Source of the DNA: Candidatus Omnitrophota bacterium | GTDB taxonomy: Bacteria; Omnitrophota; Gorgyraeia; Gygaellales; JBFMHM01 | NCBI GenBank assembly: GCA_040753015.1 | Contig: JBFMHM010000001.1 | Span: 339,157 to 403,156 of the forward strand | Length of the DNA: 64,000 nt | Direction: 5' to 3' | Shown: positions 40,201 through 49,906 of the stretch, in pieces | Numbering within the stretch: position 1 is the stretch's first letter | How the letters are laid out: the number at the start of each line of letters is the position of its first letter | Notes under the pieces: generated by a model | The model's input: only the letters and a program-made list of their open reading frames with translations | The model's database searches: none | Told to the model about the DNA's origin: nothing | Position numbers and translations under genes: made by a program

Positions 40201-40375
40201 AATAATAAACACGGTTAAATACTATAGAAAAGGTAAGGATTAAAGTAATGGTAGTTAATGAAATAAGAGAAAAAGTTATTTTACGCCTAAAACCGCCCTT
40301 CAATCTTATTTCATCATTATTCTTCTGCATAATCTTCCTTTGAAAACATTTAACTTTTAATATCAAATAAATCAA
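37205..40375 (-). CDS. Multi-sensor histidine kinase (TM-periplasmic sensor-HAMP-PAS x3-HisKA-HATPase)
   Basis: 1056 aa. H-box SHELRTPL, plus G1/G2 boxes at the C-terminus. The probable true start is an internal Met (MQKNNDEI, ~40330), which removes the overlap with the upstream gene. Confidence 0.85.
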   Translation of the reverse strand: MIYLILKVKCFQRKIMQKNNDEIRLKGGFRRKITFSLISLTTITLILTFSIVFNRVYYSIVNSIKDNFLEISKLSSSAFLRNFNQEISEMQQFILRPLVIEEIKKANEQYRNMDQENISAYFLERDRQWINATEDSPLLKEYLINYISTEHIADFIDTNLEVEEFFITDKFGGLVGASGKTTDFYQADEEWWKKAYAKGIYVGDINFDESTESLGVTVAMAVYDNDTFIGVCKAVFPIERFFQAVAELNIGKTGHAFIVDSNGDIIFYPGVRPFTEKITGKDEFQAIVTQPEGFILSSKYSLHQDQRILAFTKIDAKILKENGINWWIFISQDKKEAFLPLTKLMIILWFVMAIAILIAILTGMILSRIFIKPMLALSQGVMNFSRGNFEHRIKLKTGDEIEALGNMFNDMANNIEHKTTSIDNLNREIMVRKKTESVLDENRKLVSTMLRSIGDAVIATDNNGLITFINPVAQKLTGWDQEAAKAKKIETVFNIIQEGALEKVESPVYKVLRDKVIVGLGNHTLLVKKDGTSVPIDDSAAPILDDNKNIIGVILVFRDVTARRITEDKMSRLAALVEYSWDAIMTVSPAKGFLSGNPAAIKLFGCKDEEEFKSMGPADLSPKYQPDGKLSVVKAQEMMAIALEKGTNYFEWVHRSIDGKEFFATVLLTRIELKGEKILQATVRDITEEKTKSEIISKAAQEWQDTFDSITDIVFILDKEHRIVRVNRAFLDIFKLSSKDVIGKKCYQIVHKTDKPWPDCPHSKTMLDNKAHTEEVNDPVLGIPLLITTSPIFDDNGGIRGSVHLAKDISDLVKTRQELEEKNRELQRIDQLKTDFVSVVSHELRTPLSITKEGISLVLDEIPGQINEQQKKMLTISKDNMDRLARIIDNMLDISKIEAGRIELKKEKINLNDLIRKITASFDAKIKEAGLELRLNIPVDSIDVFIDSDKMTQVFVNLINNAIKFTQKGFIEAGVYLKDSSVECFIQDTGVGIAKENLPKLFGKFQQFDRVAGPGEKGTGLGLSIAKGLIELHGGKIWAESEFGKGTRFTFTIPLR

Positions 40376-42041
40376 TTAATTTAAATTCTTTTGCATCAAA
40401 CAAACCTTTATCACTAAGTTTTATGTCTGGAATCACTAAAAGCGCCATAAAAGACAGTGTCATATATGGCGCGCGTAATTGAGACCCCCAATCTTTAGCA
40501 GTTTGGCTTAATTTAGAATACTTTTCTGCGACTATAAAACCATCATCGCTTGACATTAACCCGGCAATGGGCAATTCTAAAGCATCAATATACCCGCTGT
40601 TTGCTTGTGAAAGGCCTCCTCTATTTTCTATAACTACATTGACAGCATCTGCGATATCTTTATCACTAACGCCCACTGCAACAATATTATGCGAATCGTG
40701 CGCGAAATTTGAAGCAATCGCGCCTTGTTTAAGCCCAAAGTTTTTTATAAAAGCAACTGATACGGGCGCTTCATTATAACGATTAATAACAGCAATTTTT
40801 AAGATATCTCGATCTCTGTCGGAGACTACAAAACCTTTTGTAGTTTTTACTAAATCTTTAGTTCTATGTGTAATCAGTTGGCCATCTATCGCATTAATTA
40901 TATTTATTTTTTTACCTCTTCTCTTAATCTCAAAATCAGAGATAAACCTCTCGCGAATATTAAAATTATTTACGGACTCTGCATTTATATGCTCAATAAG
41001 AGTCCTCCCATTTTCACTAACAAGTATACCGTTAATATAAGTTTTCAGAATATTAAAATTATCAAAATTATCTATAATAATAAAATCTGCGGGGTCGTTT
41101 TTTTGAAGCAACCCAACACCTAATCCATAATGTTTAACAGGATTAACACAGGCAACTTGTAAAATTTTCCACTTGTCATAACCTTTTTTTAACGCCCTAA
41201 CCACTAATTCATTTATATGGCCTTTTACTAAGTCATCTGGGTGTTTATCGTCACTACAAAACATACACATATCTGGATATTGATCAATTAGTGTATGCAG
41301 TGCATCAAAATTTTTTGCGGCTGAACCCTCTCGAATAATTACTTTCATGCCAAGGCTAATTTTTTCCAAACCTTCATCTAAGGATATTGTTTCATGATCA
41401 GTCGAGATGCCTGCCTTAACATATCTTTCTAAATCTTTACCTCGCAGTTTTGGCGCGTGGCCGTCTATTGGTTTACTATACTTTTTGGCGACAGCAATTT
41501 TGTTAAGCACCTCTGGGTCATTATTAATTACGCCCGGATAATTCATCATCTCGCTTAAATATATAATCTCGTCGCGTTTCAATAATTCTTCAATACCGAC
41601 AGAATCAATCCTTGCACCGGATGTTTCAAATTCTGTTGCCGGAACACAGCTTGATGCGCCGAAATAAAATTTAAATGGTACTTTATTACCGCTATCAATC
41701 ATATAATTAATTCCGGGAATACCGAGGACATTGGCAATCTCGTGTGGATCTGATACAGCAGCGACTGTGCCATGAATTACAGCCAAGCGGGCAAATTCTG
41801 AAGGAGTAAGTAAAGAACTTTCAATATGAATATGGGAATCAATTAACCCAGGGAGTATATAAGTATTATAAGAATTATTATCTTTTCTTATATCAATTAT
41901 TTTACCATTATCAATTATAAGTGTTGCGGAATATATTTCTTTATTCAGAACATCAACAATATTGCCTGAAATTTCTTCTAAGGCAAAACAGAAAGGAAAT
42001 ACAATAAAAATAATAAAGATACATAAAAATATTTTTTTCAT
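40350..42041 (-). CDS. Adenine deaminase-like amidohydrolase with N-terminal signal peptide
   Basis: 563 aa. [12 protein letters not shown] metal-binding motif characteristic of adenine deaminase. The hydrophobic N-terminus is unusual for this family. Confidence 0.6.
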   Translation of the reverse strand: MKKIFLCIFIIFIVFPFCFALEEISGNIVDVLNKEIYSATLIIDNGKIIDIRKDNNSYNTYILPGLIDSHIHIESSLLTPSEFARLAVIHGTVAAVSDPHEIANVLGIPGINYMIDSGNKVPFKFYFGASSCVPATEFETSGARIDSVGIEELLKRDEIIYLSEMMNYPGVINNDPEVLNKIAVAKKYSKPIDGHAPKLRGKDLERYVKAGISTDHETISLDEGLEKISLGMKVIIREGSAAKNFDALHTLIDQYPDMCMFCSDDKHPDDLVKGHINELVVRALKKGYDKWKILQVACVNPVKHYGLGVGLLQKNDPADFIIIDNFDNFNILKTYINGILVSENGRTLIEHINAESVNNFNIRERFISDFEIKRRGKKINIINAIDGQLITHRTKDLVKTTKGFVVSDRDRDILKIAVINRYNEAPVSVAFIKNFGLKQGAIASNFAHDSHNIVAVGVSDKDIADAVNVVIENRGGLSQANSGYIDALELPIAGLMSSDDGFIVAEKYSKLSQTAKDWGSQLRAPYMTLSFMALLVIPDIKLSDKGLFDAKEFKLIDLFDIKS

Positions 42042-42079
42042 TATTAGTTATAATATATAAAATATATTATAAGAAACAT

Positions 42080-43321
42080 TTAATGCGCAGGCCGCCTTCT
42101 TCTTTTAAATTGAAATCTGCGATGGCTAAAATATCTTTTTTTATTAAAATTGTTTTCTTTTTTATGCCTAAAATTATGCGAATGCTGGACAAATTGCTCT
42201 GAAGGTATTTCCGGATGAGTTGAAACAGGCAGACTTGCCCTGATAACCTTTTCAATCGCTCTAACATCCTTTACCTGATCGGGCATCGCAAAAGAAATAG
42301 CATGCCCTTTATGACCCGCCCTGCCTGTCCTACCAATACGATGAACATAATTTTCTGCATCCTCTGGTAAATCATAATTAATAACTAGCTCTATCCCTTT
42401 GACATCGATACCCCGTGATGCGATATCAGTTGCAACAAGCACTTTATACCTGCCAGACTTAAAACCCTCTAAGGCCTCACGGCGCTGGCTTAAAGACCGG
42501 TTTGAATGTATTTCGGCAGCACTATAGCCCATATCCCTGATTGATACCGTAATTTTTTTCGCTCCGTGCTTAGTGCGCGAAAAAAGAAGAATAGAACCTT
42601 TATATTGCGCAAGAATCTTGCTTAATAAGTTAAGCCTTGCTTCTTTCTTAACAATAAATAATTCTTGACTGGTAAGTTCAACCGTAGTTCCCGGCGGCGC
42701 AATTTCGATCGATACTGGAAGTTTCATATGTTTACTGGCAATTTCCATAATCTCTTTAGGCATAGTTGCTGAAAAAAGCATAGTTTGGCGTTCTCGAGAA
42801 ATAGACTGTAAAATTCTTTCGATCTGCGGTGCAAACCCCATGTCAAGCATCCTATCTGCCTCATCAAGTATAAGCATTGCAATATCGTGCAAATTAATAT
42901 TACGTTGCTGAGAATGATCAATAAGCCTGCCTGGAGTTGCCACTATAATTCTGGGATGTTGACGAAGTTTATTTATTTGATCACGCATTGACGCCCCACC
43001 AATAAGACAAGCGGTTTTTATACCAAAGGGGCGGGCTAATGCATAAAATGCCTCATCAATTTGGATAGCTAATTCTCTCGTAGGTGCTAATACTAAGCCT
43101 TTGCCTTTTACCTGGGCTAGGCGCTGAACCATAGGAATTGCAAACGAGTGTGTTTTGCCAGTGCCGGTTTGGGCAATACCTACGATATCTTTACCTTCAA
43201 TCGCAAGCGGAATTGCTTTGAGCTGGATTGGTGTGGGTATTTTAAATTTTATGCGCTCTAAAATATCAAGAATTTTTGGAGCAATACCTAAGCCATAAAA
43301 ACTCTGTTCAATATGTGTCAT
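42080..43321 (-). CDS. DEAD-box ATP-dependent RNA helicase
   Basis: 413 aa. Q-motif, AQTGTGKT, DEAD, SAT, HRIGRTGRAG, and a basic C-terminal tail. Confidence 0.9.
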   Translation of the reverse strand: MTHIEQSFYGLGIAPKILDILERIKFKIPTPIQLKAIPLAIEGKDIVGIAQTGTGKTHSFAIPMVQRLAQVKGKGLVLAPTRELAIQIDEAFYALARPFGIKTACLIGGASMRDQINKLRQHPRIIVATPGRLIDHSQQRNINLHDIAMLILDEADRMLDMGFAPQIERILQSISRERQTMLFSATMPKEIMEIASKHMKLPVSIEIAPPGTTVELTSQELFIVKKEARLNLLSKILAQYKGSILLFSRTKHGAKKITVSIRDMGYSAAEIHSNRSLSQRREALEGFKSGRYKVLVATDIASRGIDVKGIELVINYDLPEDAENYVHRIGRTGRAGHKGHAISFAMPDQVKDVRAIEKVIRASLPVSTHPEIPSEQFVQHSHNFRHKKENNFNKKRYFSHRRFQFKRRRRPAH

Positions 43322-43362
43322 AATACTTAGACTCTATCATATAAAAGGAATAATAGCAACTA

Positions 43363-45330
43363 TCATTCGTAACGCAAGGCTTCAATTGGATCAAGGCGGG
43401 CTGCTTTCCGCGCAGGCCATAAACCAAAAACTATACCTACAATTAATGAAAATACTGTTGAAAGAATTATTGAAAATACAGATACTTTAACTGCCCAGCC
43501 AGTAAACACAGTAATCAAGCTCGCAATGCCCCATCCTAATAAAACACCTGATACACCGCCGATAAACGACATTAATATTGCCTCAATAAGAAACTGGATC
43601 ATAATATCTTTATTATTTGCACCTATTGCCTTCCTAAGGCCAATCTCTCTCGTACGCTCTGTTACAGACACAAGCATTATATTCATAATCCCTATACCGC
43701 CTACTAAAAGCGAAATAGCTGCGATCGCCCCAAGCAATAAAGACATTGTTTTAGTTGTTGCCTCTAGAGTCTTTTTTATATCGGCCATATTGCGCACCTG
43801 AAAAGAATCTTCATCATCTTTACTAAGATGGTGTTGTTTTATTATAATTTTTGAAATTTCTTCTTGAGCATCATCTAATAAATTAGGGCTTGCCGCCTCT
43901 ACAAAAATTGCATCAATATATTCTTTACCAAAAACACGATACATTGCACTAGTAATTGGAATTACAACTATGTCATCTTGATCATGAAAAGCACTGGCTC
44001 CTTTTTCTGGTAAAACACCTATAACCCTAAAGTTAAGCAGGTTGATTTTTATCGTTGCGCCTACAGGGTTTTCGCCGCCAAATAGCTCTCTAACAATAGT
44101 CATTCCTACAACCGCAACCTTCTCGCGCATCTTCACTTCCTGTTCAGTAAAAAACCTGCCAATGACTGGCTCGGATGCGCGCATTTTAGCATAATTTACG
44201 CCATCGCCTTCTACTTGCGTATTCCAATTTTTATCTTTATAAACCACCTGCCCGCGGCCAACTACCGAAGGAGAGACACGAAGAACCTTATCACTTCTTT
44301 CTATCGCCGCTACATCATTAAAAGTAAAACGGGTAACTGCGCCTGCTTCAAGTGCCATACCATGCACCTTACTAGAACCAGCCCTAACCAATAAAAGGTT
44401 TGAACCTAAAGATGCAAGTTGTTTTTCTATTGTTTCTTTTGCGCCTTGCCCTAAAGCAAGCATAGCAATAACTGCGGTTACACCAATGAGAATCCCTAAT
44501 ATTGATAAAAAAGAACGTAGCTTATGGGAAATAATTGCGAATATTGCTTGCCGTATATATTCCAAAAATTTTACATTCCCGCCAATGACATAAGGTCTAG
44601 ATAATACAGAATTAACCAGGCTATCTTCTAAAGAAACGATTTCAGATATTTTTATATTATTTTGCGCTTGACTATCTGAAATAATCTCCCCATCCCGCAT
44701 ATGAATTATTCTCTTTGCATAAGCTGCAATTTCGTTTTCATGTGTTACGATTACAACGGTCTTGCCTTTATCATTCAATTTTTTTAATATCGAAATTATT
44801 TCCTCTTTACTCTTTGAATCAAGATTACCTGTTGGTTCATCAGCAAATATTATTAACGGTTCATTAACTAATGAACGAGCAATAGCGACTCTTTGTTGTT
44901 GGCCGCCGGACATTTCGCTTGGACGATGGTTCATTCTGTCTTTTAAGCCAACCACTGTAAGCTCAACCTGCGCTTTTTCTCTTAAATGCCTCTTGCCTGC
45001 ATAAATCAAAGGCAGTTCAGCATTCTCTAGAGCAGTAAATCTTGGTAATAGATGAAACTGCTGGAAAACAAACCCAACGATCCTGTTCCTTAAGTTTGCC
45101 AATTCATTATCGGAAAGCCTGCTTATCTCTTTTGTCCCCAAATAATATAAGCCAGAGTCCGGACGATCAAGCAATCCTAAAATATGCATTAAAGTTGATT
45201 TACCCGATCCAGATGCTCCCATAATCGCAACAAATTCGCCTTCGTGGATTTTCAAAGATACATTAGAGAGCGCCTTAACTTCTACCTCGCCCATTTGATA
45301 AGACTTAGATATATTTTTTAATTCAATCAT
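43363..45330 (-). CDS. macB: MacB-type ABC transporter (fused ATPase + FtsX-like permease)
   Basis: 655 aa. N-terminal ABC domain (GASGSGKST, LSGGQQQRVAIARAL, DEPT), a periplasmic domain, and four C-terminal TM helices. Confidence 0.85.
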   Translation of the reverse strand: MIELKNISKSYQMGEVEVKALSNVSLKIHEGEFVAIMGASGSGKSTLMHILGLLDRPDSGLYYLGTKEISRLSDNELANLRNRIVGFVFQQFHLLPRFTALENAELPLIYAGKRHLREKAQVELTVVGLKDRMNHRPSEMSGGQQQRVAIARSLVNEPLIIFADEPTGNLDSKSKEEIISILKKLNDKGKTVVIVTHENEIAAYAKRIIHMRDGEIISDSQAQNNIKISEIVSLEDSLVNSVLSRPYVIGGNVKFLEYIRQAIFAIISHKLRSFLSILGILIGVTAVIAMLALGQGAKETIEKQLASLGSNLLLVRAGSSKVHGMALEAGAVTRFTFNDVAAIERSDKVLRVSPSVVGRGQVVYKDKNWNTQVEGDGVNYAKMRASEPVIGRFFTEQEVKMREKVAVVGMTIVRELFGGENPVGATIKINLLNFRVIGVLPEKGASAFHDQDDIVVIPITSAMYRVFGKEYIDAIFVEAASPNLLDDAQEEISKIIIKQHHLSKDDEDSFQVRNMADIKKTLEATTKTMSLLLGAIAAISLLVGGIGIMNIMLVSVTERTREIGLRKAIGANNKDIMIQFLIEAILMSFIGGVSGVLLGWGIASLITVFTGWAVKVSVFSIILSTVFSLIVGIVFGLWPARKAARLDPIEALRYE

Positions 45331-45333
45331 ACC

Positions 45334-46287
45334 TTACCTTCTCCTTGCTCCGAAAGGAGAAAACGGGCTTGCAGTCGAATTCTTTTTAGAAGAATCAATT
45401 TTTTTTATTGTAACAATTATCACATCATCCTCACTAAGGCCAGATAATACTTCTGCATCCTTATCATTATATATGCCTATTTTAACAAATTGTTTAACAG
45501 GTTCTTTATCGCTATATTTCTTAAGAAAAACGAAGTCTCCGTCTTTATCTTTGTGTAAGGACTCAAGCGGTATTATCAAAATATTATTATGAATCTCTGT
45601 AATAAAACTTACTTCTGCATTCATACCTGAACGAAAAAAATCTGGGATTTCTTCCGGTATAAGGTCAACTTCATATATAGTAACATTATTAACAGTCTTA
45701 GATTCAAAATATATATGTTCGACTTGCGCACCAATTTTAACATCGGGATAAGCATCAATGCTAATCTCTGCTTTCTGGCCAAGCTTAACCTTACCAATAT
45801 CAGTTTCATCGATTTCGGCGCGTACTATCAAATAATCGGATAATACAATCACCGCATCTTGTGTTGTAACAGTTTGGCCCACTTGAGTAGTAGCCACAAT
45901 AACTTCTGCGTCAATAGGCGCAAGTAATTCTATTGGCCTATAAACTTCCTGCCAATATTTTAGCTCTTTTTCACCTTTTGCCCTTGCGGCATCTATAAGA
46001 GCGGCTCTTTCGGTTGAACTCATAAGAGCAATGACTTGTCCAATCTTTACTTTATCTCCCTCTTTAACCAAAATACTTTCAATACGGCCATTAACCGGCG
46101 GCTTTATCTCGAGGCGGTTTTTGGGTAATACCGCAGCTGTTGTTGAAACAATATTGCTTATAGTTCCAATTCTTGGTTTTACTTCTTTAGTTGTCTCCTG
46201 GGAATCCGTCTTCGGCCTTGATTTTATTAAAATAACTGCTGCTATAACCACAACTAAAATTAAAAAGGGAAATATTTTCTTATTCAT
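45334..46287 (-). CDS. macA: Periplasmic adaptor (HlyD/MacA membrane-fusion family)
   Basis: 317 aa. N-terminal anchor, lipoyl/beta-barrel MFP architecture. Adjacent to macB. Confidence 0.75.
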   Translation of the reverse strand: MNKKIFPFLILVVVIAAVILIKSRPKTDSQETTKEVKPRIGTISNIVSTTAAVLPKNRLEIKPPVNGRIESILVKEGDKVKIGQVIALMSSTERAALIDAARAKGEKELKYWQEVYRPIELLAPIDAEVIVATTQVGQTVTTQDAVIVLSDYLIVRAEIDETDIGKVKLGQKAEISIDAYPDVKIGAQVEHIYFESKTVNNVTIYEVDLIPEEIPDFFRSGMNAEVSFITEIHNNILIIPLESLHKDKDGDFVFLKKYSDKEPVKQFVKIGIYNDKDAEVLSGLSEDDVIIVTIKKIDSSKKNSTASPFSPFGARRR

Positions 46288-47560
46288 ATTCTAACGTTTC
46301 TCCTTTCGCTTGAATCCAATTAGCTTCGGCTAATAAGGCGCTTGCTTGAATATCTAAAAATGCCTTTTTTGACCTAACAAGGTTATCTTCAATAATAATC
46401 CAATTATCAAAAGAAATGAATCCTGTAGAATATTGCGCTTGAGCAATCTTGGATCGTTCTTCATTTGCAATTAAATACTTTCTTTCAACCTCAACCAAAT
46501 CTAGCGCATCTTGTAATTCAGCCCATGCCTGCTCAAGCGCTACAATAATCGAATCTTCTGTACTCCTTTGATTTTCTTTTAATTGGCGTAAAAAAGCCTT
46601 TGCTTGTGCAACTTGAGCCATTCTCAATCCACCTTCGAATAAAGGCAAAGACAATGCAACACCTGCATTCCATTGCCTATTAGGCGCAGGCCAATGAGCC
46701 CCTGTTTTATTGATGCCGGCATTGCCAGAAATCGTAGGAAAAAAACTTCCATATGTAGACTTTAAGCTAAACCCTGCAGAATCAACTTGAGCAATTGCTT
46801 CTTTAAGCGAAGGATTATTTTTAGCAATATTCTCAAAATTTGGTTTTTGTTTCGCAGAATCTTTTACTTCAAAATTACCATCTACACGAATAGGTTTAAA
46901 TTCTAACCAACCCATTTCTTTAATCAACTCTCGTTGGGCAACTTTAAGCTCTCTCTCTGCCTGGACAATATTGTAATTTGCACTTGCAGCATCAGCTTCG
47001 GCTGTCAATAAAGCGCCTTTATGTTCTAGTCCAGAAAGATACTGGAGAGTTATCAATTTAAGGTCTTTTTTTCTAATATCATAAATTTCCTGTGCAATAC
47101 GCAGCATCTCTTGTGCTGTCAATAAATTAATGAAAGCACTGCGCAGCTTAAATCTTACCGCAGCAGACGTAAAACGAAAATTTTCTTGGAAAGCTTTTAT
47201 GGTTTCTGTGGCAGCCCTAACACTATTAATTGTTTTTAGGCCGTCAAATAATAACTGTGAAGCTGTCAAGCCATAAGCAAAGGTATTGGTCGTCCTGCTA
47301 TTTGCGCTTGTAGAACTAGGAGCTGACTCTGCCCTAGCGGCATTAACATTAGTATTAAGTTGTGGATATAAAGTGCTTGCTGTAATCGTTTTTGCTGCTT
47401 GAGATTGCCTAACTTGTTCCTCTGCGGCAATCAAATCAGGATTATTTTTAGCTGCCTCCTTAATACAATCGTGCCAGGTAAGCATCTCTTCGGCAATTAC
47501 GCGATTATGCAATGAACATACTATTATAACAATTAATAATTTTAAAAAAAAATTATTCAT
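46280..47560 (-). CDS. TolC-like outer-membrane efflux channel
   Basis: 426 aa. Signal peptide and two OEP repeats. First gene of the macAB operon. Confidence 0.75.
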   Translation of the reverse strand: MNNFFLKLLIVIIVCSLHNRVIAEEMLTWHDCIKEAAKNNPDLIAAEEQVRQSQAAKTITASTLYPQLNTNVNAARAESAPSSTSANSRTTNTFAYGLTASQLLFDGLKTINSVRAATETIKAFQENFRFTSAAVRFKLRSAFINLLTAQEMLRIAQEIYDIRKKDLKLITLQYLSGLEHKGALLTAEADAASANYNIVQAERELKVAQRELIKEMGWLEFKPIRVDGNFEVKDSAKQKPNFENIAKNNPSLKEAIAQVDSAGFSLKSTYGSFFPTISGNAGINKTGAHWPAPNRQWNAGVALSLPLFEGGLRMAQVAQAKAFLRQLKENQRSTEDSIIVALEQAWAELQDALDLVEVERKYLIANEERSKIAQAQYSTGFISFDNWIIIEDNLVRSKKAFLDIQASALLAEANWIQAKGETLEYE

Positions 47561-47597
47561 AAATCTATTTTATATGTTTTAATCCTCTACGTCAAGT

Positions 47598-47636
47598 AAA
47601 ATAAAAAACCATGATTAATTAATACAAATCATGGTT
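47598..47636 (-). terminator. Rho-independent terminator downstream of the 47651..48061 gene
   Basis: Perfect 10-bp inverted repeat aaccatgatt / aatcatggtt with a 10-nt loop. On the minus strand it is followed by UUUUUUAUUUUAC. Confidence 0.6.
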
Positions 47637-47650
47637 AATAAATAATAATT

Positions 47651-48061
47651 TTATTCTGGTTTCTTTTTAAAACTACTAATTGTGCGCCATCCAAAAATAA
47701 AAATTATAATAGCAAGCGCCCATGTACGTAAATTCCTAATGAGCTTAATCTGATCTTTCTTTTTATCAACTTCTGAATTAATAAAAGAGTAGGGATCTTT
47801 TAGGGTTTTTAACTTAACTTCGAAATTCTTTGCTATTACTATTTCTTTGGGAAACTTGCCTTGGCTAAGTATTTTTTTAAGTTCTTCGTCTAGCCCGGCT
47901 CTTTTTCCGATATCATATGCAACCGAAAGCTTATCATAGAAATAAACTTCAGTGCCCAGGGACAACATTTTTCTTACAGCATAAAAATTAGCAAAAAGCA
48001 CACAAGATAAAAATATTAAACTAACTACAAACTTAGCCAATCGATCTTTAGAAAATTTCAT
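47651..48061 (-). CDS. Hypothetical small membrane protein
   Basis: 136 aa. Hydrophobic segments at both the N- and C-termini. No recognisable motif. Confidence 0.3.
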   Translation of the reverse strand: MKFSKDRLAKFVVSLIFLSCVLFANFYAVRKMLSLGTEVYFYDKLSVAYDIGKRAGLDEELKKILSQGKFPKEIVIAKNFEVKLKTLKDPYSFINSEVDKKKDQIKLIRNLRTWALAIIIFIFGWRTISSFKKKPE

Positions 48062-48307
48062 AATGTTTTACCCTTTATTAAATTAAGTATATCTTATTTA
48101 AATTAATAAAACAAGGAATATATAAGTTCATGCTGAATGCATACGGCTGTCCGCCCCAAAGCCCATTATTCCCCGGACAACCGTCGCTCCGGCAAGATTA
48201 AGCTATCTGGCTTTAATGACGATCTGCTCATATAAGGCTTTGCTTTTGTATTGTCACTTTCACCAACAAATATTCGCAATAACATTCCTTCTTCGGGCAA
48301 TTTCATT

Positions 48308-48700
48308 TCACACCACCTTAAATAAATTCATCAATCCCTTTGAAGCGATATATCCGGCAAATACTGCGCCTATACTCAATACCACGGACAAAGCCGTATT
48401 CATAACGGCGATCCTGTATTCGCCATCCCTCATAAGGTTAAATGTCTCGAGGCTAAAAGTAGAGAACGTCGTGTATCCGCCAAGAATGCCTATGAATACA
48501 AACATCCTCATATTTGGCGAGAAGTTGAAACGGTCAATGATTCCCCACAAAAAACCTATCACCAATGAACCAGTTACATTCACAACAAGAGTGCTGATTG
48601 GAAAAACACCGTTTGAAAAGCGGTAATCAAGCCCGCCCATAACATAACGCAGAATTGTTCCGATCGCACCGCCTAATCCTAAAATAAAAAACCTCAACAT
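48308..48700 (-). CDS. crcB: Fluoride ion channel CrcB/Fluc
   Basis: 130 aa, 4 TM. GGxxGT(L)xRY N-terminal motif and GxxGGxTTFSTF second motif. Confidence 0.85.
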   Translation of the reverse strand: MLRFFILGLGGAIGTILRYVMGGLDYRFSNGVFPISTLVVNVTGSLVIGFLWGIIDRFNFSPNMRMFVFIGILGGYTTFSTFSLETFNLMRDGEYRIAVMNTALSVVLSIGAVFAGYIASKGLMNLFKVV

Positions 48701-48708
48701 AAACTGAT

Positions 48709-48730
48709 CCCCCCCCCTTTTTTTTCTTTT
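48709..48730. repeat. Homopolymeric tract C9-T8-C-T4 immediately upstream of the crcB start
   Basis: Plus strand ccccccccc tttttttt c tttt (G9 on the coding strand, 8 nt before the crcB ATG). A 9-nt G/C run is exceptional in a 30% GC genome. Confidence 0.7.
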
Positions 48731-48732
48731 CG

Positions 48733-48780
48733 CAAAATAACAGGAAATAACAGAAATAACTAAATAACAGCTAAATAACA
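48733..48780. repeat. Five tandem ~9-nt repeats (aaataacag-like) abutting the left inverted repeat of the IS-like element
   Basis: aaaataacag gaaataacag aaataacta aataacag ctaaataacag. The final cag is the first three bases of the 27-bp terminal repeat. Confidence 0.6.
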
Positions 48781-49791
48781 GGGTCAGACCTCCACTTTAG
48801 AAGTTATCTCTCTAACTACGTTAGCCAACTTCTTATCATTATCTATCTGCCTCTTAAAATCTATTGCGGCCTTGCTTACCGCTGAAAATTTCATATTAAA
48901 TAATTCACCAATCTGATTGTTTGTAAGTACTGTCTTTGTTCGCATAATGTATATTGCTGCCTTTTTTCCTGTCATGGGGCGCTTAGTGCTGCTTTTAAGG
49001 TCATTGGGATCTTGCTTAAAGTATTTTGCTGTTAAGTTAATTATATCATTGGGATCTGTTTGATTACAGGCAATCCTTTTATAGGCAAAATCTTTATAGG
49101 CAGACTGAGTAGCTAATTCGCTCAACTGTTCTTTAATAAAGTTCTTTCCGCCTAAAAGAAATCCGGCATAGGTGTTTTTAAGCGGATCTATTTGCTTGTC
49201 AATAGCGGCAGAGACAAATGACGAATATTTGTGCATATCCATATCAAGAAGAGTTTTAAGCTTGGAGATGTTAACAATATTGCTTTTACCTTTTATATAA
49301 TCATTATAGCTGGACCAACGGTATTTGTTGGGGGCGTCTACTATTTTCGCTCTCACAGGATTTAGATGAATATAGCGAGTCAGTTCTTTAAAGTAAATAT
49401 CAGCTTGTACAAGAATTGATTTATACCTTCCTTGAAAAAGATGGCCGCATTTATTACGTTTCTTATTGTAATAGATAGTATAAGCAGTATTGATATACTG
49501 CATTATTTTCGATAGATTAGGTTGAGTGGTTTCTAAGAGCAAATGATAATGATTACTCATTAAGCAATAAGCATAAAGATAAAACTTAAATTTGTCTCGG
49601 GCTTGATTTAGATATTCTAGAAACTTATTAAAATCGTATTCGCTGATAAAGATCTTTTTGCGATCGTCACCGCGGCTAGCTATGTGATATAATAATCCTT
49701 CACCTTGTAATCGATATGGTCGTGCCATAAAATTATTTTATACGAAGAAACATTTTTGTCAATTAACTTCTAAAGTGGAGGTCTGACCCTG
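48778..49791 (-). mobile_element. IS-like element: single Y1 HuH transposase gene bounded by 27-bp perfect terminal inverted repeats
   Basis: cagggtcagacctccactttagaagtt at 48778-48804 is the exact reverse complement of 49765-49791. There is one ORF between the repeats and no obvious target-site duplication. Confidence 0.6.
48784..49728 (-). CDS. Y1 (HuH) tyrosine transposase, IS200/RAYT-like, with C-terminal DnaA-C-like helix-turn-helix extension
   Basis: 314 aa. HuH motif SNHYHLLLE, YRWSSY tyrosine region, and a C-terminal TNNQIGELF...SAVSKA resembling the DnaA domain IV HTH. Confidence 0.7.
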   Translation of the reverse strand: MARPYRLQGEGLLYHIASRGDDRKKIFISEYDFNKFLEYLNQARDKFKFYLYAYCLMSNHYHLLLETTQPNLSKIMQYINTAYTIYYNKKRNKCGHLFQGRYKSILVQADIYFKELTRYIHLNPVRAKIVDAPNKYRWSSYNDYIKGKSNIVNISKLKTLLDMDMHKYSSFVSAAIDKQIDPLKNTYAGFLLGGKNFIKEQLSELATQSAYKDFAYKRIACNQTDPNDIINLTAKYFKQDPNDLKSSTKRPMTGKKAAIYIMRTKTVLTNNQIGELFNMKFSAVSKAAIDFKRQIDNDKKLANVVREITSKVEV

Positions 49792-49819
49792 GTTTTCGCC
49801 GAAACCGAAAAAGAACAAT

Positions 49820-49897
49820 TGGGGTGGGTGACGGGATTCGAACCCGCGGCACCTTGAGCCACAGTCAAGCGCTCTACCGGGCTGAGCTACACCCACC
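49820..49897 (-). tRNA. tRNA-His (anticodon GUG) with encoded G-1 and CCA
   Basis: Cloverleaf folds by hand. Acceptor GUGGGUG/CACCCAC. Anticodon loop CUGUGGC. An extra 5' G pairs with discriminator C73. T-loop UUCGAAU. 3' CCA is encoded. Confidence 0.85.
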
Positions 49898-49906
49898 ACA
49901 AGAAAA

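Noticed and set aside
40330-40375. Apparent 26-nt overlap between the histidine kinase start and the adenine deaminase-like gene
   Set aside because: The kinase ORF's first 15 codons are hydrophilic junk before a better Met (MQKNNDEI). Using that start removes the overlap, so it is an ORF-caller artefact rather than true overlap.
42067-42267. 66-aa ORF overlapping the C-terminus of the DEAD-box helicase gene
   Set aside because: It is in a different frame, wholly inside the helicase's basic tail-coding region, and has no independent signals.
48701-48783. Expected fluoride riboswitch (crcB motif) upstream of crcB
   Set aside because: I could not find the GGnGAUGG...AAACnGC...pseudoknot signature. 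The region is instead occupied by the homopolymer, the tandem 9-mers and the IS-like element's terminal repeat.
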